Below, in pieces: positions 54,878 through 64,000 of a stretch of 64,000 bases of DNA. This stretch comes from Felis catus (lineage: Eukaryota), in the NCBI RefSeq assembly GCF_018350175.1, contig NC_058383.1:372001-436000 (forward strand), read 5' to 3'. Below the pieces are notes generated by a model. That model was not told where the DNA came from and made no database searches. It was given only the letters and a program-made list of their open reading frames with translations. Each line of letters begins with the position of its first letter. Position 1 is the first letter of the stretch. The position numbers were made by a program, and so were the translations under genes.

Positions 54878-55500
54878 ACTTTTTATTTTGAGATAATTGT
54901 AGATTCCACACGTCACAAGAAATAAAACAGAGATCCCATGGACCCTTCACCCGGTTCCCCCTACGGTGACATCTTGGAGAACTCCAGGCACAATCCCGTA
55001 ACCAAGGCCCCCGCACTGACACAGTCAGGACCCGCACAGCGTGTCAAGGCCACAGGGGCCCCTCCCTCCTGCCTGCACCCCCCCTCCCCCCAGCCTCTGG
55101 AAACCACTATCTGTTCTGCGTTTCTCCATTTCGTCGTATAAACGGCAGCATGTAGTCTGTGAGCCCTTGAGACTGTCTTGTGCGCTCAGCTGGAGACCCT
55201 TCCAGGCTGTTGCTGTGTCAACAGCGGGCTGCTTGGAGGAGGGGCCCTGTGGCGTGGAGGGACCGCAGCCTGTGTAACCACTTCCCTGTCCGGGGACGTG
55301 CGGGGGTGTGACAAAAAGAGCTGCTGTGAACACGTGTGTACAGGTGTTAGTGCAAATCGCAGTTCCCATGTCTCTGGGATAAATGCTCAGAGTGTAATCG
55401 CCGGCTCAGACTGCGGTCACTTTCGTGTTTTAACAAACTGCCGAAACGTTCTCAGGAGGGGCTGTGCCCTCTTGTGCTACAGGCGCAGCCCAGCGCCTGT
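54878..55500 (-). mobile_element. Old L1M 3' end
   Basis: ttttattttgagataattgtagattccacacg...agagatcccatggacccttcacccggttcccc...tctctgggataaatgctcagagtg. Confidence 0.65.
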
Positions 55501-56938
55501 AATTCTGACGTCTGATAGGACGACGCGGAGCCATCGAACCTGTTTGAGCCCCAGGCTGCTTCCCATCCCAAGCAGAAGCCAGCCGTGGCACCAAAGCTAG
55601 GAGGCGCGAGGGCACAGCCCCCTGGGTGCGCTGGGGGACCAGCTGCACCTCGCAGGCCTGCCGGCCCCTCTTCGCCAGGGGCGGCAGGGGCCCTCATGGC
55701 GCCCACCGGCCAGACGGAACACAGGTCATTTCCGAGCTAAAAGTCTGCTTTGAAGGGAGGATTTTCTGGATGAAGACTCCAGGCTTCCTGGCCTCAGGCA
55801 GGTTCACAGACATGGGCCAATGCAGAACTCTGCGGAGTTTTCACGGAAATGCCTCTGGTGGCAGTCCACGTCCACTGAGAACACCCCATCCCCCACCCCC
55901 CCACCCCCCACCAAGCCCACCAAGATCCCACCTCGTTTTTCCCCCCTGAAGTTCCCACACCTTGTCTTCTTTTGTGCACGAATCACGACTCTGGAGGTGA
56001 AGCGCCGGCTTAGCTGTGAAGTGTGCTCCCAGGACCGCAAGCTCTGGGCACCCAGCGCTCAGGGGCTCCCTTATAGCACAGGCCCGAACCCCTTGCCGGG
56101 CCCCCCGCAGAAGGCACCCTTGTGCGCAGGGAGAGACGGTGCCGCTGGGACACGGGGCCTTGGAGGAAATGCTGGACCCCGCGTCTCTGACCCGCGTCTG
56201 TGACCCAGTGCTCCAGGCAGGGACGCGCCAGCTGGACCCACACTACCCTGCCTGGACCTGCTGCCTGGGGCAGAAGGAGGCGGGCGGACGGGTGCTGGAG
56301 GGCAGCGACACTCTCACCCTCTCTGTGGCCTGGCTCCTGGCTCTGGCAACCCAAGAGTCCACTCTGGTGATCGGTTCCCGGGAGGAGCCTAGGGGTCCCC
56401 CTACGCGCCCAGGGCGCACAGACCCGGGAGCTCTGAGGAGACCTCCACCAGTGCAGGGAGCCCGCCAGGAGCCCCAGCTCGGGCTCGGGACTGTGGTGTG
56501 GGAGGGCTGCCCAGCGACTCTGCCTGGAACTCTGGGGCCCAGCGGAGGGAGCCGGAGCGCGGCGACGCAAAGCGAAGCAGCAGGGGCTGGAGGCGGGAGT
56601 GGCGCCCCGCCCGTCAGACCACCCGGGCGCGCGGCTCCCTCCTCCCTGGGTCCGTGGGCCGGTCAGAGGGTCACCAAAAGCCCCGCTCCGCAACCCTCCG
56701 CAGCTTTGCCGGTGGCTGGGGCCTCCCCCGCGCTGGGATTGGATGCGAGGGAACGGGGTGGGCGCGGGCGGGGGACCCCAGAAGCCCAGGTTCCCCGCTC
56801 GGGCGGAGAGCAGCCCACAGTGCAGACGCGGCTGGCGCGCGTCCAGCAGGACCTCAGCAAAGACCCGGCGGGCTGGCGGACGGCACGGAGGAGGCGGCAA
56901 CTGCCACGGTGGCCCCCGCGGGTGCCGGGCGAGCCAAG

Positions 56939-57045
56939 ATGTTTGACAGCTCGCAGTATCCCTACAATTGTTTCAATTATGACGCCGACGACTACCCGGT
57001 GGGCAGCTCCGACGAGCAGAAGCGGCTCACGAGGCCCGCGTACAG
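56939..57045 (+). CDS. FOXL3: FOXL3 coding exon 1, 107 bp
   Basis: ATG in gccaagATG (A at -3); AG|GTGACC donor. Translates MFDSSQYPYNCFNYDADDYPVGSSDEQKRLTRPAY(S). Sits in a CpG island downstream of FAM20C, matching the human FAM20C-FOXL3 order. Confidence 0.9.
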
Positions 57046-57398
57046 GTGACCCGGGGCCGGGGGTAGGAGCCTGGGGGCCAGCAACCTTCTTCTCTAGGAC
57101 GCGCCTGGGAGGCGGGATGGCTGTCTTCTCGGGGCGGGGCAGTGCCGGGAGACGGGACGCGTCTGCACGTTTAGAAGTAGCCAGAAAGGCTCTCTCCGCC
57201 TCCCTGAAGAAACTCCCAAGTGTGAGGGAGAGCTTCTGGGGTCTGGGGAGAGGCGGGGAGCGGGGAGCTCCAGGCTTCAGGCTCCCCAACAACCCCAAGC
57301 GCCCTGGGGGCAGAGGCGCGCGCCGTCTGGAGGGGCCCTTGGCGCTGGGGGCGGCCTCCGCCTCAGCCCCGGGTGGCCCCATGCGCCCCTATTTGCAG

Positions 57399-57567
57399 CT
57401 ACATCGCGCTGATCGCCATGGCCATCCAGCAGAGCCCCTCGGGCAGGGTGACCCTGTCCGGCATCTACGACTTCATCACGCGCAAGTTCCCCTACTACCG
57501 AGCCAACCAGCGCGCCTGGCAGAACTCCATCCGCCACAACCTGTCCCTCAACAGCTGCTTCGTGAAG
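57399..57567 (+). CDS. FOXL3: FOXL3 coding exon 2, 169 bp (forkhead helices 1-3)
   Basis: tttgcag acceptor; GTGAGC donor. Translates (S)[67 protein letters not shown] is the forkhead recognition helix. Confidence 0.93.
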
Positions 57568-57850
57568 GTGAGCCCCCATCGCCCCCCCCCACCCCGCTCC
57601 CCGGAGTGGCCCCTGGGTGTCCTCGGCCTGGGGACTCCTGGGCCAAGTCCTTCCTGACTGGGGGCGGGGATGGACTGTAGAGCAGCAAGCCTCCAACCTG
57701 CCCCGTGAGCAGCGCCACCCACCCCAAGGTCAGGCACCTGCCCCGGGGCTTACCCTGGAGCCCCCGGTGAAGCCAGACGCCTGGAGGGGCGGGTGGGAGC
57801 GCTCCGGGAGCCAGCCCCTCCCCCCCGCGGAGCCCCTCCCTCTCCCGCAG

Positions 57851-58240
57851 GTGCCTCGGACGGAGGGCCACGAGAAGGGCAAGGGTAACTACTGGACGTT
57901 GGCGGCCGGCTGCGAGTCGCTGCTGGACCTCTTCGAGAACGGCAACTATCGCAGGCGGCGCCGGCGCCGCGGCCCCAAGCGCGAGGGGGCGGGGCAGGCG
58001 CGTGCCGGGGGCGCGGAGGGGCCGCAGGGGCCCCCTGAGCCAGCCCCAGGCCCGCCCCCCGCCCCTGCCAGCCCGGCTGCCCTGGGGAAGGAGGAGCACA
58101 GGGGCATCAAGTTCAGCATTGACTACATCCTGTCCGCGCCGGGCCCTTTCCCGGGGCTCAAGGGTCCCTACGGCCAGCAGGAGGGCAGAACCCCCCGGCT
58201 GGAGGCCCAGCCAATGAACCTCCACCTGTGGACGATATGA
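57851..58240 (+). CDS. FOXL3: FOXL3 coding exon 3, 390 bp to TGA
   Basis: ctcccgcag acceptor. Translates [17 protein letters not shown]...[13 protein letters not shown]...KFSIDYILS...MNLHLWTI*. The spliced CDS is 666 bp, 221 aa. Confidence 0.92.
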   Translation: MPRTEGHEKGKGNYWTLAAGCESLLDLFENGNYRRRRRRRGPKREGAGQARAGGAEGPQGPPEPAPGPPPAPASPAALGKEEHRGIKFSIDYILSAPGPFPGLKGPYGQQEGRTPRLEAQPMNLHLWTI

Positions 58241-61200
58241 GGCCGGGCTGGCGCCCGGTGGGTCCCGGGGCTTCCGGGCGATTTCGGCCCCACCTCCAGC
58301 CAAGAAGCCAGGTTTTGCCACATCCTGTTAACTTCCGCAGACTCGTGTTCCGTGCCGAACATCAGCATGGGCTGGAGGGACAAGAGGTCAGTCTTCTGGC
58401 TTCATCCTTCACAAGTTCCCTTGCAGGAAGACCCACGGGGTCCTGCCCTAGATTCACTGAGCAGCCCCACTCTGAGGGATATGAATACAGGTTCGGGGCC
58501 ACACTCACTCACAGACAAGGCAGCACCTCATCCCTCTGTCTTCTGAGAACTGGCTGCACAGACCCCACACCCTGGAAGCTGCCCGCGAGCTCTGGATGCA
58601 GATGGCGAGGTGGGTGGGCATCTTCCCAGAGCTAAAAGTGCAAACGGTGAAACCAGATAGCCCTTGACCCCATGAACGTCGTCCCCGAGTTTTTGACCGT
58701 GGCCCTGTTACGGACATGTGATCGGAAGTTTAAGCGCGTCTCGTGTTGCGGACAGAATATCCAGAATATCCAGATTGCTTCAGAAATCCCGTGCACTGTT
58801 TTAGACAGGAAAGAAGGCAGGAAGACGGGAGGAGCAAGGGGGGCTCCAAATTTGGGACAACATGGGAGGAGGCACACTTTTCTTGGCTCTTGGGAGCAGG
58901 GAGTTAGCTCCTATTTGGGTGTGTTCCGCCCGGCTGGTCTCCCAAGAAAGCAGACACTACGTAGCAGGCGGCTGACAGATTCTGCTACACTTGAGCTGTA
59001 CAATTAGGGAGTGCACAATTACCGGCATTGGAGGTGGGTACACTCCATTTGAAATGTAAATGATTTAATTACCGTGTGGAGACGGGCATCTTAAAAAACA
59101 CAATTATGCACAGTGAAACTATTTGACCAACCTTATCATTTTTCACCAGCCCATTTTTGCGGAGTTAATTGCTTTCCATGACTTAATTTGAACATTAGTA
59201 TGGATTACACCTAATCTGATCCACTAGGTGACAATGATTGGCTAATTCCGTAAACAACAAAAACACGCCCAAGAAGGCTGGCTGTCTCAGCTGGGAATTA
59301 CATGGTCGGGTTTTATCGGACTCTGAAAAACCCAGACCAGTAAAGGACGGCAGGCGGGAGGTAGAGACAGAGCCACGCAGGGACTCACTCGGACTAGCTT
59401 GCTTCCGATTCAGACACGTCGTTAAACCGCCACAGTATCACTTGTCCACCCTGTACAGACTCCTTGGGTTGCCGTAGTTGTTTTGAGAAGAGGGGAGAAG
59501 GCCGTTGCTTGCAAATGTGAAACGCCTGGTCCCTGAGTCCGGAGATGACCCCTGGTGGTGATGCGCCCACCACCTGCCCACCGACGCTCTCTCTGTTTGG
59601 CCAGGCCTTGCCAAGGGGGCAGCCTGCCAGCCTCGTGGGAGGAGGGGAGCCCTGCCTCAAGGAGCCCTCTGGAAAGCAGGAACAAGGACACCTCTCCAAA
59701 GACACCTGCTGCCGGATCTCTTGCCTGGGAAGGCACCCGACACCAGTGGGTCCTGCTGCCCGCCGGGCACAGCGCTGGCCCCCTGTCTGGGGCTGTCTCC
59801 GGAGCGGGCACGCCGGCCCTGGTTGACGGTCGCGTGATTCCCCCTCCCTGTGCTACAGAGGGGGCCCGGCGAGCAGGCGGGCCCGGCCTGTGGCTCTGGG
59901 GCTGGGCTGCTAACGCTTCCTCCACACTAAGGCTCGTGCGGCTCGGAGGGGCCCTGTGCATGTGTGTGCGTGTGTGTGTCGTCCGTGTGCACGCCTGCTA
60001 TTTACGGCCCTTTGCCGGTTATGCGGAGAGCGCTGTTTTAACGGTAGTCGACCCGGCCTGGGTGGTGGCATGACCCGGCTGGTGCCGTCACACATAAGTG
60101 GGGGCACACGGAGTCCGAAGGTGTATTTTTCTGCTACTGATGAAGCGAATACGATGTGCGTTTTATCTTTCGGGTTCTAGCCGTGTTCTTCCTGTGTTTT
60201 GTGCCGGTGAGCACAGCCTGACGGCGAACAGGAGATTCCTGTGTCCTAAACAGGGTAATTTTGGAAGAAGGTCCAGCCTTGGTGGGGGGTGGGGGGTGAG
60301 CCTGGGGGGCCAGACAGGCGGTTAGCATGTGCTCCCTGCGCACACGGTCTGGGGCAGACGCTCACTGGCCACCGGGTGGCGAAAAGGGTGGCTCCGGGCA
60401 GGCGAGGTCTGGGCGCCAAGAGATGTTAGTTTTGTTTCGCAAAGGGTATCAATCATGTTCTCGAACGCAAAGGGACATTTTCAATTTGCCAGCGTGTGAT
60501 ACCCCACGACTTCCCAAAGTCTCCCAGCCCTCAGAGTGAGTGGCATTTAATACCAGACAACATCGCAGGGGTGAGGGCTGGCTCTGGCCTATTCAAATGC
60601 CACTGCCACCACGCAGACTCGCCCAGCGCCGTTGTAATTAAAGACTTTATGCCTCTCTTGCAAATCCGCTGATTGATCACCGATACGTACATTACCCCCA
60701 CATCACCCCCGAGCAGATGTCTGCCACACGGTTACGGATCACCAGGTTTCCATTAACAAAGCTGGGAGGCGCTGCCGTGCGGGAGTTCAGGGGAGGTGTG
60801 TGCAAAGCACCATCGCACCGAGCGAAGTTCCCGGCTGGGCGGCATCCAGGCTGAGCTGCTCCTCACCCAGCCCCTGTGGGGGGCTGTCCCTCCTCACGGT
60901 GGCTGGAGACCGACGGAGACCACACCCACATTCGGGGGGACAGAGAGAGAGCCCTGGGACCGGAGCAGGGGCAGGACTTGGGTGCCCAGTGCCCTCCCTC
61001 ACCCCATGTCCGCCCTCGGGGCCCAGGGAGGCCTCCCGTGGCTGACAGCGGCCTCCACACCAAGCCATCCGTTGGCCCTTGATCTGCCCCCAGGGAAGCA
61101 GGGAAAAGGCCTCATCTCTCCTCAAATTCCTTCCTTCCTTTATTGAGCAGCTCTGGGGCTATTTGTTCATTCGTTCATTCAACAAACGTCCAGGAGCCCT

Positions 61201-62694
61201 GTTCTAGGTGCCGGGGTGCAACTGTGAGCAGGCTGTGTCCCTGCAGCGTGCACGGGGAGCCCCACGCCTCCACGGGGCTGGGAAGCAAGCCTGCTCGCGG
61301 GGTGCTGAGAGAGAGCACTCAGGGTTCCGCAGCTGGCTCAGAGAGTGTGGCCAGGCAGGGCCCCACAGGAAGCCACCTCCGGGCTGGGCGGGCGCACGTG
61401 TGCCAGGGGGGAAGGGCATTCCCGGCGGGAGGTGGTGAGCCAAGCCCCCGAGGTGGGAAGGACGTGGGGCTGGAGAGGACACAGGCAGGGAGAAATGAAC
61501 GAGGAGACCCCAGCCCCCAAGTCCAGGCGGAACATCGTTTCTCAAGACTCTGAAACGCATCTCCTGCATTCGCCTGCCTGTCACGGCTCCTTCTGGCACC
61601 TGGAGCTCCTATAGGGCAGCCCCTTCCCGTGTCCGGGCGCTTCGCCTTGGCTCATGTGGCCTCCACACTGGCTCTTACTGGAGCACACGCACCGCGTGTC
61701 TCCTGCTCCCGTTCTCAAACCTCTGTCCCCCCGACCTGTCCCATCTTGTGCTGGTGAAACCAAGATGCAGGTCCGGGCTCGGTGGGTGATGCTGGTGAGA
61801 ATGGTGTACAGAGCGGGGAGGGGTCCTCTGGAGTTCCTGTCAGCACCGGCCTCCTTGGCATCTTCGGAGCCTCGGTTGGCTGTCCCAGAGTGACCTTGGA
61901 GGCCTTCGGACCCGTGGTCCTGGTCCCCCCCCCCCTCAGGCGGGGGCCGGAAGCAGCACCAGGCTGGGAGCCTCGAGGTGTGTGTGCTCAGACAGGGCAC
62001 CTGCCCACCGGAGCCCTGGGGTCTGTATCTGTGGCACAGGCCACCCCAGAACCCCCAGAGACGCAGCTGAGATGGAGGAGGGCCACGCCCAGGCCACGCC
62101 CAGAACCCCGACTGCTAAGTCTGTCTTCCGTCTCACGTGCCCCCCTCTCCGCCCCCCATCTGCTCAGCCCAGACCCAGGGAGGGAGTCAGGGAAGGGACT
62201 GGCTCACTGGGCTCTGAGGGGCCTCATGGAAGCCGGACGCCCAGGCCGGGCAAGTCCTCTGGGCACCTCCCTTCCTTGAAGCAGCCCCCAAGGCCCTCAC
62301 TCCTTCCCTGGTACCCCAGATCTGCCCTGGGCGCTGCCACAGGCAGGCGGGGATGGGGTCTGCCTTCAGAGGGGCAGGGTGGCCCCGGAGGGCTGTCCTT
62401 CTCCCACGGGTACAGCTTCCACAGAGTCTACTCTGGCCTCCCATTCTGGGGCTTGGGCAGCACTGCCCTCTCTGCCTCATCCCTGCACTGTGGGCCGAGG
62501 CCCTCCGCACTGAGCTGGGTGCACGGACACAGGTACCTCCCGTCCTGTCCTGCCACCCCAGGGTCTGGGCTCCCTTGGAAATTCCTCTGGTTCCAACCCC
62601 CGGGATAGACGCTGGGCTGTGTGGGTGCAGACCCAACAACAGTGAGATCACCTGGAGGCCAAGCACTCTGGGACCAAACAGGCCTACTTCTAAA

Positions 62695-62918
62695 TTTTTT
62701 AATCTTTTTTTTAAATGTTTTTTTACTTATTTTTGAGAGAGAGACAGAGCACGCGCAGGGGAGGGGCAGAGAGAGAGGGAGACACAGAATCGGAAGCAGG
62801 CTCCAGGCTCTGAGCTCTGAGCACAGAGCCCGACGTGGGGATCGAACTCGTCAACTGCGAGATCATGACCTGAGCCAAAATCGGACGCCCAACCCACTGA
62901 GTCCCCCGGGGGGGCCCC
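62695..62918 (-). mobile_element. SINEC_Fc-type SINE
   Basis: T-rich tail, gagagagagggagacacagaatcggaagcaggctccaggctc..., degenerate TSD ggcctacttct/ggcctatttct. Confidence 0.9.
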
Positions 62919-63174
62919 TAACGGCCTATTTCTTACCAAAAGTATGTAACTGAAAAGAAGCATTGCAGGGTGAGGTCAGGTAGTGGCCTGCCTGGGGCAA
63001 GGGTCCCCTCCCGGTCCCTCTGTGCCCCCCACCCCAAATCCCCGACACATGGCCCCTCTGTGGAGGGTCCTTCCATGTTTCCCATCCGGGGTTCTGACCC
63101 GGCTCTGCTGAAACCTCTCTCCTGGCCACAGGAGCATATCTGGAGCAGATCTAAGCTGCCCAAGGAGGCCGCAA

Positions 63175-63392
63175 GTGGGGAGGGCCATGGGAGGGCTTGA
63201 GGGGGCCTGGCCTCGCAGGGGAGGTGTGGGGAGGGCCATGGGAGGGCCTGAGGGAGGGGGCCTGGCCTCACAGGGGAGGTGTGGGGAGGGCCATGGGAGG
63301 GCCTGAGGGAGGGGGCCTGGCCTCACAGGGGAGGTGTGGGGAGGGCCATGGGAGGGCCTGAGGGGGCCTGGCCTCGCAGGGGAGTGGGGGAG
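63175..63392. repeat. 51-55-bp G-rich tandem repeat, 4 copies
   Basis: agggccatgggagggc at 63181, 63232, 63287 and 63342. Confidence 0.92.
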
Positions 63393-64000
63393 GGAGGCCC
63401 TTGGCTTTCACTCCTGGTGCAGCCACTGCCCCAGGCACCAGAGGCTGACTGCAAGGGGCCTCCCACCAGAAGTGAGACCAGACTTTACATCAAGGCCATG
63501 GACTCACCACACAGGTGTCCGAGGGGGCGAGGGGGCAGCTCCCCCGGAGAGGGGTGCTCATCTGACAAAATGCGGTTGAAGGCAGGGCTGGGGAGGAAAA
63601 TCCTCAAGGGTTAGTGACCAGGCCGAGACCCCACAACAACCCATTCTCAGAGGACGTCCGCCCAGAGTATGTGTGAGGACAGGAAAGGGCCCCCCTGGTG
63701 CAGGACCCTGGTGGGGAGGGCGGGGGCACTCTGCCTTCGGGCCAAGTGGGCAGCCCCACCCACCCCCACAGATGACGAAGGCCTGGAAGTCCCCGGGGGG
63801 CGGGCGGAAGGGCATCTCATCATTCACAGGTCAGCTGTGCTCACCCCGCAGACCCCGGCCTGGCAGTCGGGGTCCAGCCCAGACGACAGTACCAGCAGGT
63901 GCTGGTCTTTGCTGGAGGCTCCCCACATGCTGGGAACTGTTCTGAGGATCCCCGAGCCATACGAAGTGGGTCAGGTGACTCCCTCCATCTCATGGGTGAG

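Larger units (their letters stand above)
56380..58280. promoter_or_regulatory. CpG island over the FOXL3 promoter and gene body
   Basis: Visibly dense CG dinucleotides and very high GC; boundaries approximate. Confidence 0.75.

Noticed and set aside
56498..56938. In-frame upstream extension of FOXL3
   Set aside because: No in-frame ATG upstream, low-complexity CpG-island translation, and the ATG at 56939 has a good context.
56016..57680. 554-aa ORF across the FOXL3 5' region
   Set aside because: Non-ATG start, GC-driven stop scarcity, and it crosses FOXL3 exons 1 and 2 out of frame.

Overview
Mammalian genomic DNA, almost certainly a felid: it carries several SINEC_Fc-type Can-SINEs and a feline L1 3' end. 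It is GC- and CpG-rich and dense in minisatellites, as expected for a subtelomeric region. It contains the last eight coding exons of the Golgi casein kinase gene FAM20C (+ strand, 8964-41415; exons 3-10 by human numbering; all GT-AG, phases consistent, catalytic motifs intact). About 15.5 kb downstream is a complete three-exon forkhead gene, FOXL3 (+ strand, 56939-58240, 221 aa, with a C-terminal eh1 motif). The rest is intron or intergenic sequence: six Can-SINEs, a 2.0-kb 5'-truncated L1 with target-site duplication (TSD), old MLT1/MER/L2/MIR/L1M relics, and many tandem repeats. I found no convincing wholly new gene system. The most interesting unexplained structures are: a 1.85-kb hierarchical CCAGTAT array; a 31-bp CpG-rich minisatellite apparently born inside an MLT1 LTR; a helically phased KLF/SP-motif array; a ~66-bp inverted repeat pair; and homeodomain/FOX-motif-dense islands downstream of FOXL3. 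Repeat family names are from recalled consensus sequences and need RepeatMasker confirmation.
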